Below, one piece after another: positions 1 through 11,834 of a DNA stretch of 64,000 nt. The notes beneath the pieces were generated by a model that saw nothing but the letters and a program-made list of their open reading frames with translations, ran no database searches and was not told where the DNA came from. Numbering within the stretch: position 1 is the stretch's first letter; each line of letters starts with the position of its first letter. This stretch comes from Gammaproteobacteria bacterium (GTDB lineage: Bacteria > Pseudomonadota > Gammaproteobacteria > Burkholderiales > SG8-39). The stretch lies in the NCBI GenBank assembly GCA_041499655.1, contig JBGQKQ010000001.1, positions 255-64,254 of the forward strand, given 5' to 3'. The position numbers were made by a program, and so were the translations under genes.

Positions 1-148
1 CGCGGAAACGCGGGCTGACCGGGGTCTTTTCCTCCGGGAACTGGATCGTGATCTTGCGCCTGAACAGGTGGCGACCGGTAAGCGCCATGCCTTTCACCAG
101 CTCCACGAGCAGGAAGGCCTTGAAGAAATCGCGCAGCTTGTCGATCAT
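1..148 (-). CDS. nuoI: NADH-quinone oxidoreductase subunit I, 5' part only (gene runs off the left edge)
   Basis: Minus-strand ATG at 148..146 overlaps the nuoH stop (ATGA). The translation [49 protein letters not shown] looks like a NuoI N-terminus, and the position after nuoH fits nuoA-N order. Confidence 0.85.
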   Translation of the reverse strand, partial: MIDKLRDFFKAFLLVELVKGMALTGRHLFRRKITIQFPEEKTPVSPRFR

Positions 149-1236
149 CGCCAGATATTCCAGGGTGTCTGCATCCACACCGCGATCACCACCAGCCAGA
201 TGATGGTCGCCGGGATGAATACCTTCCAGCCCAGGCGCATGATCTGGTCGTAGCGGTAGCGCGGGAACGTCGCCCTGGCCCACAGGAACAGCGATACAAC
301 GAAGAAGACCTTGGCGAACAGCCACGCGAACGGCGGGATCGCGCTGGTAAGCGCGCTGTCCCAGGGGGGCGCCCAGCCGCCGAGGAACATGACCGTGGCG
401 AGCGTCGACACCAGGATCATGTTGGCGTACTCGCCCAGGAAGAAGATCGCGAAGGTCATGCCGGAGTACTCGACATGGAAGCCGGCGACGATCTCCGATT
501 CGCCCTCGGCGACGTCGAAGGGCGCGCGGTTGGTCTCGGCGATGCCGGAGATGAAATAGACGAGGAACATGGGAAAGAGCGGCAACCAGTTCCACGAGAG
601 GAAATTGATCCCCTTGTGCGCGAACCAGCCGCGGTTCTGCCCCTCGACGATGTCGACCAGATTGAGGCTCTGCGACACCAGCAGCACGCACACCAGCGCG
701 AACCCCATCGCGATCTCGTAGGCGACGATCTGCGCCGCCGAGCGCATCGCGCCGAGAAAGGCGTACTTGGAGTTCGACGCCCAGCCGGCGATGATCACAC
801 CGTAGACGCCCATCGAGGTGATCGCCATCACGTACAGGAGCCCGGCGTTGACGTCCGCGAGCACTACCTCGGGACCGAAGGGGATCACCGCCCAGGCGGC
901 GAGCGCCGGCATGAGCGTCAGCATGGGCGCGACGATGAAGAGAAACTTGTTCGCTCCGGTCGGAACGATCAGCTCCTTGAACATCAGCTTGATCGCGTCG
1001 GCGATCGGCTGCAGCAGCCCGATCGGCCCGACGCGGTTCGGCCCGATGCGGATCTGCATCCAGCCGATCAGCTTGCGCTCCCACAGCGTGAGGTAGGCGA
1101 CCAGCCCGAACAGCGGCAGCACGATGCACAGGATCAGGATGGTGTTCTTCACCAGCATCCAGACGGGGGGTCCCCACTCCGGACCCAGCCAGGCGGTCCA
1201 CAGGTCCGCCCAGACGTCGAACACGCTCTTCACCAT
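145..1236 (-). CDS. nuoH: NADH-quinone oxidoreductase subunit H
   Basis: 363-aa polytopic membrane ORF. The [20 protein letters not shown] motif is typical of NuoH/ND1, and it sits between nuoG and nuoI. Confidence 0.97.
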   Translation of the reverse strand: MVKSVFDVWADLWTAWLGPEWGPPVWMLVKNTILILCIVLPLFGLVAYLTLWERKLIGWMQIRIGPNRVGPIGLLQPIADAIKLMFKELIVPTGANKFLFIVAPMLTLMPALAAWAVIPFGPEVVLADVNAGLLYVMAITSMGVYGVIIAGWASNSKYAFLGAMRSAAQIVAYEIAMGFALVCVLLVSQSLNLVDIVEGQNRGWFAHKGINFLSWNWLPLFPMFLVYFISGIAETNRAPFDVAEGESEIVAGFHVEYSGMTFAIFFLGEYANMILVSTLATVMFLGGWAPPWDSALTSAIPPFAWLFAKVFFVVSLFLWARATFPRYRYDQIMRLGWKVFIPATIIWLVVIAVWMQTPWNIWR

Positions 1237-1237
1237 G

Positions 1238-3571
1238 TCACGCGCGCTCCAGCGAGATCGTGCCGAACATCGGACCCAGGCCCGCGGTGTGCCGGTGCGC
1301 GGTGGCGAGCCTCACGCAGCCGGCGGGGAGGCGCTCGTCGATGCCGACCTCGACGATGACCGTGCCTTCGCCCTGGCGCACCCTCACCCGCTCGCCCGCC
1401 TTGACGCCGACCTGCTCGGCAAGTGCTGAACCGAGCCAAGCGCGCGGCGGCAGCGCGTCGCGCGTCCTCTGCAGGGAGCCTGCGCGGCGCACGATCGGAT
1501 CGCCGAAGTAGATGGGCACGTCCGCGATGCGCTCGAGCCCGTTGGCCGGCGGCGCCGAATCGAGCTTCACGGTGATGCCGTCGACACGGTTGGCCAGCCT
1601 GCCGGCGACGGTGTCAGCCCGGCACACCTCGTCGCGTATCGCCTCGGTCGACTCGTGGTCGAAACCGGGAAGGCTCATCAGGTTGCCGAGCACGCGGAGT
1701 ACCTTCCAGGCCGGACGGGCTTCGCCGAGGGGCTTCACCGCCGCGTTGAAACTCTGCATCCTGCCCTCGCAGTTCACATAGGTGCCGGAGGTCTCGGTGA
1801 ACGGCACGACCGGAAGCAGCACGTCGGCGTAGTCCGCCGCAAAGCTCCGGTACGCGGCGAGAGCCACGACCAGGTCCGCAGCCGCCATCGCCTTGGTCGC
1901 CTCGCGCGGGTCGCCGCAGTCGAAATCGGGCTCCGCGTGGAGCAGCAGGTAGGCGCGCCGCGGCTGCGCCAGCATCGCTTTGGCGTTCATGCCGCCTTCC
2001 GAGGGCACGCAGCCCGCGAGATAGCCGCCGACGCTGTTCGCCGCCTCGCCCAGGAATCCGAACTTGCCGTCGAGCAGGCCCGCCAGGTCCTGCGCAAGAC
2101 GTTGCAGCTGCGAGGCCTGGGGGTGCTGCACGGCGAGGTTGCCGAGGAGCACCGCGACGCTCTTTCCCGACGCGAGGCTCGCGGCGATCGCCTTGGCTTC
2201 GCCACCGACCCTCACCGAAGCGAGCTCGGCCGGCGCGGCCTTCTGCCTCGCCTCGGCGGCTCCTTTCACGACCTGCGCGAGCGCCGCGACCAGCTCGCCC
2301 GGCCGGACGATCGCCTTGTTCGCCACCGGCATCAGCAGCTCGTCGTCGGCGCAGTGCAGGATATTCATCTGCGTCTGACGCTTGGCGAGCTGACGCAGCC
2401 GCGAGGCGAGCAGCGGATGGTCCTTGCGCAGGAAGGAGCCGATCACCAGCACGCGGTCGGCCTGCTCGAGCTCGGCGAGCTTCATCCCCAGCCAGGGCAC
2501 GCCAGCGCGCTTGCCGTCGGCGGAGAAGTCCGACTGGCGCAGCCGGAAATCGACGTTGTCCCCCCCCATCGCGCGCACCAGCTTCGCGAGCAGGGCCATC
2601 TCCTCGAGCGTGGAGTGCGGGCCGGCGAGCGCGCCGATCTCCCGCGGGTCGTACTTGAAGCGGGTCTCGGACAGGCCCCGCGCGACGTGCTCGAGGGCGA
2701 CCTGCCAGTCGACATCGCGCCAATGGCCGTCCTCCTTGATCATCGGCTTGGTCAGCCGCTCCTCGGAGTTGAGGCCCTCGTAGGAGAACCGGTCGCGGTC
2801 GGAGAGCCAGCACTGGTTCAGCTCGGCGTTCTCCAGCGGCAGCACCCGCATCACGCGGTTCTGCTTGACCTGCACGGCGAGATTGGAGCCGAGGCTGTCG
2901 TGCGGGCTCACGGACTTGCGCCGCGACAGCTCCCAGGTGCGCGCCGAGTAGCGGAAAGGCTTGGAGGTGAGCGCGCCCACCGGGCACAGGTCGATCATGT
3001 TGCCGGAGAGCTCGGAGTCCACCGTCTTGCCGACGAAGGCGAGGATCTCGGCGTGCTCGCCGCGGCCGATCATGCCGAGCTCCATGACGCCGGCGAGCTC
3101 CTGGCCGTAGCGCACGCAGCGCGTGCAGTGGATGCACCGCGTCATGTCGGTCGAGATGAGCGGACCCAGGTTCTTGTTGAGCACCACGCGCTTTGCTTCG
3201 GTGAAGCGCGACGCGCTCTTGCCGTACCCGACCGCGAGGTCCTGGAGCTGGCACTCGCCGCCCTGATCGCAGATCGGACAGTCGAGCGGGTGGTTGATCA
3301 GGAGAAACTCCATCACGCCGTCCTGCGCCTGCCTCGCGTAGTCCGAGCGCGTCGATACCTTCATGCCGTCGGTGACCGGCGTCGCGCACGCGGGCAGGGG
3401 CTTGGGGGCTTTCTCGACCTGCACCAGGCACATGCGGCAGTTGGCGGCGATCGAGAGCTGCTTGTGGTAGCAGAAATGCGGGATGTAGATCCCCAGGCCG
3501 TTCGCGGCCTCCATCACCGTCGCGCCGTTGCGGACCTCGGTCTCGGTGCCGTCGATGATGACTTTGGGCAT
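1238..3571 (-). CDS. nuoG: NADH-quinone oxidoreductase subunit G (777 aa)
   Basis: The real start is the ATG at 3571 ([23 protein letters not shown]...), 3 nt after the nuoF stop. It has an N-terminal 2Fe-2S/4Fe-4S Cys pattern ([29 protein letters not shown]). The 1152-aa track ORF is a spurious upstream extension. Confidence 0.95.
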   Translation of the reverse strand: MPKVIIDGTETEVRNGATVMEAANGLGIYIPHFCYHKQLSIAANCRMCLVQVEKAPKPLPACATPVTDGMKVSTRSDYARQAQDGVMEFLLINHPLDCPICDQGGECQLQDLAVGYGKSASRFTEAKRVVLNKNLGPLISTDMTRCIHCTRCVRYGQELAGVMELGMIGRGEHAEILAFVGKTVDSELSGNMIDLCPVGALTSKPFRYSARTWELSRRKSVSPHDSLGSNLAVQVKQNRVMRVLPLENAELNQCWLSDRDRFSYEGLNSEERLTKPMIKEDGHWRDVDWQVALEHVARGLSETRFKYDPREIGALAGPHSTLEEMALLAKLVRAMGGDNVDFRLRQSDFSADGKRAGVPWLGMKLAELEQADRVLVIGSFLRKDHPLLASRLRQLAKRQTQMNILHCADDELLMPVANKAIVRPGELVAALAQVVKGAAEARQKAAPAELASVRVGGEAKAIAASLASGKSVAVLLGNLAVQHPQASQLQRLAQDLAGLLDGKFGFLGEAANSVGGYLAGCVPSEGGMNAKAMLAQPRRAYLLLHAEPDFDCGDPREATKAMAAADLVVALAAYRSFAADYADVLLPVVPFTETSGTYVNCEGRMQSFNAAVKPLGEARPAWKVLRVLGNLMSLPGFDHESTEAIRDEVCRADTVAGRLANRVDGITVKLDSAPPANGLERIADVPIYFGDPIVRRAGSLQRTRDALPPRAWLGSALAEQVGVKAGERVRVRQGEGTVIVEVGIDERLPAGCVRLATAHRHTAGLGPMFGTISLERA

Positions 3572-3573
3572 GT

Positions 3574-4902
3574 TCAGGCGGCCTGCCGCTCGGGGAGGCC
3601 CGGGGAAGTGGAGTAGCCGGGGAGCGTCACCATGCAGCGCTTGTGATCGATGTGGTGCTGGAACTCGCTGCGGAAGTGCTGGATGAAGCTCTTCACCGGC
3701 AGCGCCGCCGCGTCGCCGAGCGCGCAGATGGTGCGTCCGGCGATGTTGTCGGCGACATTGACGAGGAGATCGAGGTCCTCGCCTTTCCCTTTTCCGTGCT
3801 CGATGCGGTTCACCATGCGGTAGAGCCAGCCGGTGCCCTCGCGGCAGGGCGTGCACTGCCCGCAGGATTCCTCGAAATAGAAATACGACAGGCGCTCCAG
3901 CGCCTTGACCATGCAGGTGGTCTCGTCCATGACGATCACGGCGCCCGAGCCGAGCATCGAGCCGGCCTTGGCGATCGAGTCGTAGTCCATGTCGGTGCGC
4001 ATCATGATCTCCGCGGGCAGCACCGGCATCGACGAGCCGCCGGGAATCACGGCCTTGAGCTTCCTCCCGCCGCGCATGCCTCCGGCCATCTCGAGGAGCT
4101 TCGCGAACGGCGTCCCCAGCTTCACCTCGTAGTTCCCGGGGCGCGCCACGTGTCCGGTCAACGAGAAGATCTTGGTGCCGCCGTTGTTCGGCCGCCCGAG
4201 CGCGAGGAATGCGTCGGCGCCGTGGTTGACGATCCAGGGCACGGCGGCGAAGGTCTCGGTGTTGTTGATGGTGGTCGGCTTGCCGTACAGCCCGTAGCTC
4301 GCCGGGAAGGGCGGCTTGAAGCGCGGCAGGCCCTTCTTGCCCTCGAGTGACTCGAGCAGCGCGGTCTCCTCGCCGCAGATGTAGGCGCCGTAGCCGTGAT
4401 GGTTGTAAAGCTCGAAGGAGAACCCGCCGCCGAGGATGTTCTTTCCGATGAATCCGGCGGCGCGTGCCTCGGCGAGCGCCTGCTCGCAGCGCTCGTAGAT
4501 CTCCCAGATCTCGCCGTGGATGTAGTTGTAGCCCGTGCCGATGCCCATCGCGTAGGCGCCGATGGCCATGCCCTCGATCACCGCGTGCGGGTTGTAGCGC
4601 AGGATGTCGCGGTCCTTGCAGGTTCCGGGCTCGCCTTCGTCGGAGTTGCACACCAGGTACTTCGCGCCGGGAAACTGGCGCGGCATGAAGCTCCACTTGA
4701 GGCCGGTGGGAAAGCCCGCGCCGCCGCGTCCGCGCAGCGCGGACTTCTTCACCTCGGCGATGAGGGTCTCGGGGGAGATCTTCTCGCGGAGCACCTTTGT
4801 CAGGGCCGAGTAGCCGCCGCGCCTGACGTAGTCGTCCAGGCGCCAGTTGGCGCCGTCCAGCCCCTTCATCACGATGGCGTCGGGGCCGTAGTCGAGGATC
4901 AC
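3574..4902 (-). CDS. nuoF: NADH-quinone oxidoreductase subunit F
   Basis: 442 aa with the NADH/FMN-binding motifs [13 protein letters not shown] and [10 protein letters not shown], plus the C-terminal [12 protein letters not shown] 4Fe-4S motif. Confidence 0.97.
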   Translation of the reverse strand: MILDYGPDAIVMKGLDGANWRLDDYVRRGGYSALTKVLREKISPETLIAEVKKSALRGRGGAGFPTGLKWSFMPRQFPGAKYLVCNSDEGEPGTCKDRDILRYNPHAVIEGMAIGAYAMGIGTGYNYIHGEIWEIYERCEQALAEARAAGFIGKNILGGGFSFELYNHHGYGAYICGEETALLESLEGKKGLPRFKPPFPASYGLYGKPTTINNTETFAAVPWIVNHGADAFLALGRPNNGGTKIFSLTGHVARPGNYEVKLGTPFAKLLEMAGGMRGGRKLKAVIPGGSSMPVLPAEIMMRTDMDYDSIAKAGSMLGSGAVIVMDETTCMVKALERLSYFYFEESCGQCTPCREGTGWLYRMVNRIEHGKGKGEDLDLLVNVADNIAGRTICALGDAAALPVKSFIQHFRSEFQHHIDHKRCMVTLPGYSTSPGLPERQAA

Positions 4903-5372
4903 TTCAGTTCCCTAAGCCAGGTGTCGATGTTCTCGGAGGTCATCGAGGACAGCATCGTCTTGTTGTTGACCAGCATCACCGGCGCTTCGGCGCAGGCGCC
5001 GAAGCACTCGCCCTCTTTCAGCGTGAAGCGTCCGTCCGCGGTGGTCTCGTTCCAGTCGATGCCGAGCTTCTTCTTCAGGTGCTCGGCGGCATCCTCGGCG
5101 CCCGAGAGCGCGCACGGCAGATTGGTGCAGATGCACAGCTTGTACTTCCCGGACTTCTTCAGGTCGTACATGGTGTAGAACGTCGCCACCTCGTAGACCG
5201 CGATCGGCGGCATGCCGAGATGGCCCGCGACGAAGTCCATCACCTCGGTCGACAGATGGCCCTTCTCGTCCTGGGCGACGGTGAGCGCCGCCATCACCGC
5301 CGACTTCTTCTGGTCGGGCGGGTACTTGGCGACCGCCTGGTCGATCTTCTTCAGCGAATCGGGGCTTAGCAT
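4899..5372 (-). CDS. nuoE: NADH-quinone oxidoreductase subunit E (157 aa)
   Basis: The start ATG at 5372 overlaps the nuoD stop (ATGA). [18 protein letters not shown]... with the CICTNLPC....CFGAC thioredoxin-like 2Fe-2S pattern. The longer track ORF is an upstream extension into nuoD. Confidence 0.95.
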   Translation of the reverse strand: MLSPDSLKKIDQAVAKYPPDQKKSAVMAALTVAQDEKGHLSTEVMDFVAGHLGMPPIAVYEVATFYTMYDLKKSGKYKLCICTNLPCALSGAEDAAEHLKKKLGIDWNETTADGRFTLKEGECFGACAEAPVMLVNNKTMLSSMTSENIDTWLRELK

Positions 5373-6625
5373 CAGCGGTCGATCTCCCCGAAGACGATGT
5401 CCTGTGTGCCGATGATCGCCACCACGTCGGCGAGCATGTGGCCCTTGGACATCTCGCTCAGTGCGGCGAGGTGCGGAAATCCCGCCGCGCGGATCTTCAT
5501 CCGGTAGGGCTTGTTGGCTCCGTCGGAGACGATGTAGATGCCGAACTCGCCCTTGGGGTGCTCGACCGCCGCATAGGCTTCGCCCGGAGGCACGTGGATG
5601 CCCTCGGTGAAGAGCTTGAAGTGGTGGATCAGCTCTTCCATGTTGCTCTTCATCTCGACGCGCGTCGGCGGAGCGATCTTGTGGTTGTCGGTGATCACCG
5701 GCCCGGGATTCTTCCGGAGCCAGCCGATGCACTGGCGCACGATGCGGTTCGACTGCCGCATCTCCTCGACGCGCACGAGATACCGGTCATAGCAGTCGCC
5801 GTTCACGCCCACCGGGATGTCGAAATCCATCTTGTCGTAGACCGCGTAGGGCTGCTTCTTCCTCAGATCCCATTCGACGCCCGAGCCGCGCAGCATCGGC
5901 CCGGTGAACCCGAGCGCAAGCGCGCGCTCCGGGGGCACGACCCCGATGCCCACCGTGCGCTGCTTCCAGATGCGGTTGTCGGTCAGCAGCGTCTCGTACT
6001 CGTCGACGTATTTCGGGAAGCGGCGGGTGAAATCCTCGATGAAATCGAGCAGCGATCCCCGGCGGTTCTCGTTCAGCCTTTTCAGGTCCGCGGCGTTCTT
6101 GTACATCGAGGCGCGGTATTGCGGCATCGTTTCGGGCAGGTCGCGGTAGACGCCGCCGGGGCGGTAGTAGGCGGCGTGCAGGCGCGCGCCGGACACCGCC
6201 TCGTAGCAGTCCATCAGGTCTTCGCGCTCGCGGAAGCAGTAGAGGAATACCGTCATCGCGCCGATGTCCAGTCCGTGCGCGCCCAGCCACAGTAGGTGAT
6301 TCAGGATGCGCGTGATCTCGTCGAACATCACGCGGATGTACTGCGCGCGCACCGGCACTTCGACCCCCAGCAGGCGCTCGACCGCCAGACAGTAGGCATG
6401 CTCGTTGCACAGCATCGAGACGTAGTCGAGGCGGTCCATGTAGGGCAGCGCCTGGATGTAAGTCTTGTGCTCGGCGAGCTTCTCGGTCGCGCGGTGCAGC
6501 AGGCCGATGTGCGGGTCGGCGCGCATGATCACCTCGCCGTCCAGCTCGAGCACCAGGCGCAGCACCCCGTGAGCCGCGGGATGCTGCGGTCCGAAGTTGA
6601 GCGTGTAGTTGCGGATCTCGGCCAT
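5372..6625 (-). CDS. nuoD: NADH-quinone oxidoreductase subunit D
   Basis: 417 aa starting [24 protein letters not shown], a typical NuoD/49-kDa subunit N-terminus. Confidence 0.97.
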   Translation of the reverse strand: MAEIRNYTLNFGPQHPAAHGVLRLVLELDGEVIMRADPHIGLLHRATEKLAEHKTYIQALPYMDRLDYVSMLCNEHAYCLAVERLLGVEVPVRAQYIRVMFDEITRILNHLLWLGAHGLDIGAMTVFLYCFREREDLMDCYEAVSGARLHAAYYRPGGVYRDLPETMPQYRASMYKNAADLKRLNENRRGSLLDFIEDFTRRFPKYVDEYETLLTDNRIWKQRTVGIGVVPPERALALGFTGPMLRGSGVEWDLRKKQPYAVYDKMDFDIPVGVNGDCYDRYLVRVEEMRQSNRIVRQCIGWLRKNPGPVITDNHKIAPPTRVEMKSNMEELIHHFKLFTEGIHVPPGEAYAAVEHPKGEFGIYIVSDGANKPYRMKIRAAGFPHLAALSEMSKGHMLADVVAIIGTQDIVFGEIDR

Positions 6626-6627
6626 GG

Positions 6628-7236
6628 TCAGGGCTTCGCGCCCAGGTCGCCGTACTCGTCCTCGCGGATGATCCGCGGCGTGATCTCGCGCGGCTCGATC
6701 GTCACCGGCTGGTAGATGACGCGCTTCTGCTCCGGGTCGTAGCGCATCTCGACATTGCCCGAGAGCGGGAAATCCTTGCGGAAAGGATGGCCGATGAAGC
6801 CGTAGTCGGTGAGGATGCGGCGCAGGTCCTCGTGCCCATTAAACATGATGCCGAACAGGTCGAAGGCCTCGCGCTCGTACCAGTTGGCGTTGGGCCAGAT
6901 CCCGGTGAGCGAATCGACGACGGGAAAACCGTCCTCGGGCGCGAACACGCGCAGCCGCAGCCGCCGGTTGTGCCCGATCGAGAGCAGCTGCGAGACCGCC
7001 GCGAAGCGCCGCCCTTCGCGAACGCCCTCGCCATAGCCCGAGTAGTCCACTCCGCACAGATCGATGAGCTGCTCGAACCGGGTCGCCGGGTCGTCGCGCA
7101 GGCAGCGCGCGGTCGCCGCGTAGTCCCCGGCGTCGACCACCAGCGTAAGCTCTCCGAGCGCTTCCGTGAGGGAAACGATCTTGCCGCCGAGAGCGGCGGT
7201 GAGCGCGGTTTTCAGTTGCTCGAGCTTGGCCGACAT
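6628..7236 (-). CDS. nuoC: NADH-quinone oxidoreductase subunit C
   Basis: NuoC-like sequence ([32 protein letters not shown]). I prefer the ATG at 7236 (MSAKLEQL) over the TTG at 7242 used by the track, which overlaps the nuoB stop. Confidence 0.92.
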   Translation of the reverse strand: MSAKLEQLKTALTAALGGKIVSLTEALGELTLVVDAGDYAATARCLRDDPATRFEQLIDLCGVDYSGYGEGVREGRRFAAVSQLLSIGHNRRLRLRVFAPEDGFPVVDSLTGIWPNANWYEREAFDLFGIMFNGHEDLRRILTDYGFIGHPFRKDFPLSGNVEMRYDPEQKRVIYQPVTIEPREITPRIIREDEYGDLGAKP

Positions 7237-7238
7237 GA

Positions 7239-7715
7239 TCAACGCGCGATCGTGTTAGTTCTCTTGATCTTGTTCTGCAATTGCACGATTCCGTAGAGCA
7301 GCGCCTCGGCCGTCGGGGGACAGCCCGGGACGTAGATATCCACCGGAACGATGCGGTCGCAGCCGCGCACCACCGAATAGGAGTAGTGGTAGTAGCCGCC
7401 GCCGTTCGCGCACGAGCCCATCGAGATCACCCAGCGCGGCTCGGCCATCTGGTCGTAGACCTTGCGCAGCGCGGGCGCCATCTTGTTGCACAGCGTGCCC
7501 GCGACGATCATCACGTCGGACTGCCTGGGGCTCGGCCGGAAGACCACGCCGAAGCGGTCGAGGTCGTAGCGCGCCGCGCCGGCGTGCATCATCTCCACGG
7601 CGCAGCAGGCGAGCCCGAAAGTCATGGGCCAGAGTGAACCGGTGCGAGTCCAGTTGATGAGGTTGTCGAGGGTGGTGGTCGCGAACCCTTGCTCGAGGAT
7701 GCCTTCGATGCTCAT
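7239..7715 (-). CDS. nuoB: NADH-quinone oxidoreductase subunit B
   Basis: 158 aa with the [10 protein letters not shown] and GCPP cluster-N2 Cys motifs. Confidence 0.97.
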   Translation of the reverse strand: MSIEGILEQGFATTTLDNLINWTRTGSLWPMTFGLACCAVEMMHAGAARYDLDRFGVVFRPSPRQSDVMIVAGTLCNKMAPALRKVYDQMAEPRWVISMGSCANGGGYYHYSYSVVRGCDRIVPVDIYVPGCPPTAEALLYGIVQLQNKIKRTNTIAR

Positions 7716-7728
7716 GTCGGCCTCCGGG

Positions 7729-8085
7729 CTATTCCCACTCCAGAGCGCCTTTCATCCACTCGTAGACGAAGCCCACGACGAGGATGAGAAGGAACACCAT
7801 CATCGACCAGAAGCCGAAGCTCCCGATCTCGTTCAGCGTCACCGCCCAGGGAAACAGAAACGCAATCTCCAGATCGAACAGGATGAAAAGGATCGCGATC
7901 AGGTAGTAGCGCACGTCGAACTTCATGCGCGCGTCTTCGAAAGCCTCGAATCCGCACTCGTAGGGGGACAGCTTTTCGCTGTCGGGCCGGTTCGGCCCTA
8001 AAACCGTGCCGAGAGCGACCATGATGCCCCCGAACACGAGCGCGATCGCGATGAAGAGCAGGACCGGAAAATAGTTCTCGAGCAC
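7729..8085 (-). CDS. nuoA: NADH-quinone oxidoreductase subunit A
   Basis: 118-aa three-helix membrane protein with a GTG start at 8085. The SPYECGF motif marks it as first gene of the nuo operon. Confidence 0.95.
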   Translation of the reverse strand: MLENYFPVLLFIAIALVFGGIMVALGTVLGPNRPDSEKLSPYECGFEAFEDARMKFDVRYYLIAILFILFDLEIAFLFPWAVTLNEIGSFGFWSMMVFLLILVVGFVYEWMKGALEWE

Positions 8086-8169
8086 GGATCAGCCCGGGGC
8101 CGGAGAGCAGCGCGCCGAGCCGGTGGCTCCCGCCTGCACGTACGCTCTCACAGGAAACATAGCTCTCTC

Positions 8170-8198
8170 AAAATAGAGGACTTGGGCCGGAAGTCCTC
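8170..8198 (-). terminator. Rho-independent terminator downstream of tRNA-Leu
   Basis: In the minus sense: GAGGACTT-ccggccc-AAGTCCTC (8-bp stem) followed by TATTTT. It lies 28 nt after the tRNA 3' end and ahead of the nuo leader. Confidence 0.55.
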
Positions 8199-8225
8199 CG
8201 CTTCCGATCCAAGTCCCCCTTTGTC

Positions 8226-8310
8226 TGGTGCCGACGGAGAGACTCGAACTCTCACGGCTTTCGCCACCGCCCCCTCAAGACGGCGTGTCTACCAATTTCA
8301 CCACGTCGGC
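8226..8310 (-). tRNA. tRNA-Leu (anticodon GAG), 85 nt with encoded CCA
   Basis: The reverse complement reads GCCGACGTGGTGAAATTGGTAGACACGCCGTCTTGAGGGGGCGGTGGCGAAAGCCGTGAGAGTTCGAGTCTCTCCGTCGGCACCA. It has a 7-bp acceptor stem, an anticodon stem CCGTC/GGCGG with loop TTGAGGG, a long variable arm (class II), and a GTTCGAGTC T-loop. Confidence 0.93.
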
Positions 8311-8372
8311 ATGATTGGCTTTGATGCGTCGCCGCGTCGAAATACGAGCCCGCCTCAAGCCGGCAGATTTTA

Positions 8373-8747
8373 CTACTTCGGAACCTCGTTTGCTTTCGAT
8401 TTCTCGGCTTCCGGCGCCTTGGCTGCGTCGGGCACCGCCGGGGAGGCGGGGACCTGCTGCACCGGCTGTTCCTTGACCGTGTCCATGACGCCCCCGCTGG
8501 TGCGCGGCTTGTGCGTCACGAGGTAGGCGAGAACGAAAGTCGTCAGAAAGAAAACGGCGGCCAGGACACCCGTGGTTCGGGAGAGAAAGTTGGCCGAGCC
8601 GCTCGCGCCGAACAGGCTCCCGGATGCGCCACTGCCGAAGGCGGCGCCGACGTCCGCGCCCTTGCCGTGCTGGAGCAGGACCAGACCGATGATGATGAGC
8701 GCGACGATGACGTCGACGACGAGAATCAGCGTGAACCAGAAATCCAT
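8373..8747 (-). CDS. secG: Preprotein translocase subunit SecG
   Basis: 124 aa, MDFWFTLILVVDVIVALIIIGLVLLQHGKGADVGAAFGSGASGSLFG... The typical SecG Gly-rich loop is present, and the tpiA-secG-tRNA-Leu synteny fits. Confidence 0.93.
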   Translation of the reverse strand: MDFWFTLILVVDVIVALIIIGLVLLQHGKGADVGAAFGSGASGSLFGASGSANFLSRTTGVLAAVFFLTTFVLAYLVTHKPRTSGGVMDTVKEQPVQQVPASPAVPDAAKAPEAEKSKANEVPK

Positions 8748-8783
8748 GGTAGTTCCTTTCAGATGAACTTTGCCGGCGATCTT

Positions 8784-9539
8784 CTAGCGGCGGGCCGCCG
8801 CGCAGATCGCAATGAAATCTTCCGCCACCAGCGACGCCCCGCCGATCAATCCTCCGTCGATGTCGGGCATCGCGAACAACTCGGCAGCGTTTGCCGCCTT
8901 GACACTGCCGCCGTACACGATCGTCAGCTTCTCGGCGAGAGCCCTGTCGTGCGCCGCGAGGCGCGCGCGCGCGAAGGCGTGCACGTCCTGGGCCTGTTGC
9001 GGCGTGGCGTTCCTGCCCGTGCCGATCGCCCACACCGGCTCGTACGCGAGCACCGCCTCGCCGAGCGCGGCGGCGCCCGCCGCGCCGAGCACCGCGTCGA
9101 GCTGGCGCCCCACGACCTTCTCCGTGTCGCCCCGCTCGCGCTGCTCCAGGGTCTCCCCCACGCACAGAATCGGCGTCAATCCGGCGCGCCGGGCCGCGAG
9201 GAACTTGGCCGCGACCCGGGCGTCGTCCTCGCTGTAGAAGGTGCGCCGCTCCGAATGCCCGACGATCGCGAAGCGGCAGCCGAAGTCCCGGAGCATCGCC
9301 CAGGAAACCTCGCCCGTGTAGGCCCCCGAATCGTGCTCGTTCAGATTCTGCGCGCCCCAGGCGATGGCGCTGCCAGCGAGAGCGGCGGAAACCTGTCCCA
9401 GATACGGAAACGGGGCGCACACCGCGCAAACCACACCGTCGGAGTTCCTGAGGCCCGCCTTGAGCGCATCGAGCAGGCCCGAGTTGGCGCGCAGGCTGCC
9501 GTGCATCTTCCAGTTGCCTGCAACGAGCCGCGCGCGCAT
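8784..9539 (-). CDS. tpiA: Triosephosphate isomerase
   Basis: Motifs AGNWKMHG, VGHSERR and GGASL are present. I prefer the ATG at 9539 (MRARLVAGNWKM, 251 aa) over the TTG at 9557 used by the track. Confidence 0.93.
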   Translation of the reverse strand: MRARLVAGNWKMHGSLRANSGLLDALKAGLRNSDGVVCAVCAPFPYLGQVSAALAGSAIAWGAQNLNEHDSGAYTGEVSWAMLRDFGCRFAIVGHSERRTFYSEDDARVAAKFLAARRAGLTPILCVGETLEQRERGDTEKVVGRQLDAVLGAAGAAALGEAVLAYEPVWAIGTGRNATPQQAQDVHAFARARLAAHDRALAEKLTIVYGGSVKAANAAELFAMPDIDGGLIGGASLVAEDFIAICAAARR

Positions 9540-9633
9540 CCGTCTGGCTTCAGCCAAAAGGGGGAAATTTTACCGCCTGAGCGCTGCGAGGGTCAACAAA
9601 AATACCGGGAATTCAGGATCTTGCCGCTGTTTC

Positions 9634-10983
9634 TCAGGCTGCTTTCTGTACCGCCTCGGCGATTTGTTTGGCCAGCCGGCGCACGGCCGCGTCGTCCTTC
9701 CCTTCGACCATGACGCGCAGCACCGGCTCCGTCCCCGAAGGGCGCAGCAGCACGCGCCCGTCCGCGCCGAGCGCGCGCTCGGCTTCCTGCTTCGCCTTGG
9801 CGATCGCGGGCTGCTTCTGCCAGTCGAAACCGCTCGGCACCCGCACGTTGAGGAGCTCCTGCGGATAGAGCGTCAATTCGCTGCACAGTTTTCCGAGCGT
9901 GGTCGCGTTGGCCCGGATCGCCGAGAGCACCTGCAGGGCAGACACGATACCGTCGCCGGTGGTGTGCTTGTCGAGGCAGATGATGTGCCCCGAGTTTTCG
10001 CCGCCGAGCTGCCAGGACTTCTCCTGGAGCATTTCCAGCACGTAGCGGTCGCCGACCTTGGCGCGCGCGAAGGAAACGCTCATTTTGTCCAGCGCGCGCT
10101 CGAGCGCGAGATTGGTCATGAGCGTGCCCACGACGCCCTTCAGGCCGCCCTCCTTCGCGCGCTCGCGCGCGATCACGTAGAGCAACTCGTCGCCGTCATA
10201 CAGCCTGCCGTCCGCGTCGCACACCAGCACGCGGTCGCCGTCGCCGTCGAGCGCGATCCCGAGATCGGCCTCGTGCTCGGCCACGGCTTTTCTGAGGGCG
10301 TCCGGGTGCACGGTTCCCGCTTTGTCGTTGATGTTGAAGCCGTCCGGGTGCACGCCGATGGTCTCGACGTCGGCGCCGAGCTCGTGGAACACGTGGGGCG
10401 CCACCTGATAGGTCGCGCCGTGGGCGCAGTCGACCACGAGCCGCATCCCGCGCAGGTCGAGCGCACTGGGAAAGGTGCTCTTGCAGAACTCGATGTAGCG
10501 GCCCGCCGCGTCGTCAACGCGCCGCGCCTTCCCGAGGCTCGCCGACTCCTTGCAGCGGATCGGGCTGCCGAGCCGTTCCTCGATATCCGACTCGACGGCG
10601 TCGGGCAGCTTGCTGCCGTCGGCCGAGAAGAACTTGATGCCGTTATCCTCGTAGGGATTGTGGGACGCGCTGATGACGACCCCGGCCTGCAACCGCAGGG
10701 CGCGAGTGAGGTAGGCAATCGCCGGGGTCGGCAGCGGGCCGGTGAGCATCACATCCACCCCGGCCGCGGCGAAACCCGCTTCCAGCGCGGCCTCGAGCAT
10801 GTAGCCGGAGATACGCGTGTCCTTGCCGATCAGGACCGCGGGGTGCGCGCCCTTGGGCAGCGCCGAGCGCCGCACCAGCACCTCGCCGGCGGCGAACCCG
10901 AGCCGCATCACGAATTCCGGCGTGATCGGCGACTCGCCCACCCTGCCGCGCACACCGTCGGTTCCGAAGTATTTTCTGCCCAT
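9634..10983 (-). CDS. glmM: Phosphoglucosamine mutase
   Basis: 449 aa, [14 protein letters not shown]-terminus, with the phosphoserine loop [15 protein letters not shown]. Confidence 0.96.
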   Translation of the reverse strand: MGRKYFGTDGVRGRVGESPITPEFVMRLGFAAGEVLVRRSALPKGAHPAVLIGKDTRISGYMLEAALEAGFAAAGVDVMLTGPLPTPAIAYLTRALRLQAGVVISASHNPYEDNGIKFFSADGSKLPDAVESDIEERLGSPIRCKESASLGKARRVDDAAGRYIEFCKSTFPSALDLRGMRLVVDCAHGATYQVAPHVFHELGADVETIGVHPDGFNINDKAGTVHPDALRKAVAEHEADLGIALDGDGDRVLVCDADGRLYDGDELLYVIARERAKEGGLKGVVGTLMTNLALERALDKMSVSFARAKVGDRYVLEMLQEKSWQLGGENSGHIICLDKHTTGDGIVSALQVLSAIRANATTLGKLCSELTLYPQELLNVRVPSGFDWQKQPAIAKAKQEAERALGADGRVLLRPSGTEPVLRVMVEGKDDAAVRRLAKQIAEAVQKAA

Positions 10984-10987
10984 GTCG

Positions 10988-11764
10988 CTAGCTTTTTCCT
11001 TCGAGCGCCGCGAGGACCTCGAGCGCGTCCCGCGTCGCGGCGACGTCGTGGACGCGCACGATTCTAGCGCCGCGCTGCGCCGCGAGCAAAGCCGCGGCGA
11101 GGCTCGCCGCGAGGCGACCCTCCGCGCCCCGCCCCGTGACCGCGCCCAGCGTCGACTTGCGCGACCAGCCTGCCAGCACTGGAAGGCCCATCGCGGTGAA
11201 CCGGTCGAGGTTGCGCAGCAGCTCGAAATTGTGCTCGACGCTCTTGCCGAATCCGAAGCCCGGGTCGATGACGATGCGCTCGCGCGAGATTCCGGCGGCC
11301 TCGGCCGCGGCGACGCGCTCGGCGAGGAACGCGCCGACCTCGGCGACTACGTCGTGGTAGCGCGGCTCACGCTGCATGGTGCGCGGCTCGCCCTGCATGT
11401 GCATCAGGCACACGGCGACATCAGAAGTCGCGACGGCGCCGAGCGCGCCCGGAGCGCGCAACGCGCCGATGTCGTTGATCATCGCGGCGCCCGCCGCGAT
11501 CGCGGCGCGCATCACCTCGGGCTTGACGGTGTCGACCGAGACGGGAACCGCGCACTCGCGCAGACCCTCGAGCACCGGCATCAGCCGCGACAACTCCTCT
11601 TCGGCGGACACCGGTCGCGCCCCGGGCCGGCTCGATTCGGCACCGATGTCCAGCAGGTCGGCGCCCTCTGCGACCAGCGCGCTCGCGTGCTCGAGCGCGC
11701 CTTCGGGATCGAGAAAGCGCCCGCCGTCGGAAAAGGAATCAGGCGTGACGTTGACCACGCCCAT
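10988..11764 (-). CDS. folP: Dihydropteroate synthase (coordinates given to the first canonical start; the true start is probably upstream, see findings)
   Basis: [11 protein letters not shown] motif and a pterin-binding barrel sequence. The frame stays open upstream and encodes the conserved LRCGRFRLELSRPLV segment, but has no ATG/GTG/TTG there. Confidence 0.85.
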   Translation of the reverse strand: MGVVNVTPDSFSDGGRFLDPEGALEHASALVAEGADLLDIGAESSRPGARPVSAEEELSRLMPVLEGLRECAVPVSVDTVKPEVMRAAIAAGAAMINDIGALRAPGALGAVATSDVAVCLMHMQGEPRTMQREPRYHDVVAEVGAFLAERVAAAEAAGISRERIVIDPGFGFGKSVEHNFELLRNLDRFTAMGLPVLAGWSRKSTLGAVTGRGAEGRLAASLAAALLAAQRGARIVRVHDVAATRDALEVLAALEGKS

Positions 11765-11834
11765 GACGAGCGGGCGCGAGAGCTCGAGCCTGAAGCGGCC
11801 GCAGCGGAGCGTGGACTGGGACGCGAGGATGGGG

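Noticed and set aside
1238-4696. 1152-aa ORF suggesting a fused giant NuoG
   Set aside because: The first ~375 residues are an out-of-frame read through nuoF and are Arg-rich nonsense. The genuine NuoG starts at MPKVIIDG (3571), 3 nt after the nuoF stop.
8226-8310. tRNA-Leu as a possible genomic-island integration site
   Set aside because: Both flanks are core genes in conserved order (secG on one side, nuoA on the other). There is no integrase, no direct repeat of the tRNA 3' end, and no foreign cargo nearby.
8275-9429. 384-aa minus-strand ORF overlapping the tRNA, secG and tpiA
   Set aside because: It overlaps three well-supported genes in other frames, and its sequence is Arg/Gly-rich low complexity.
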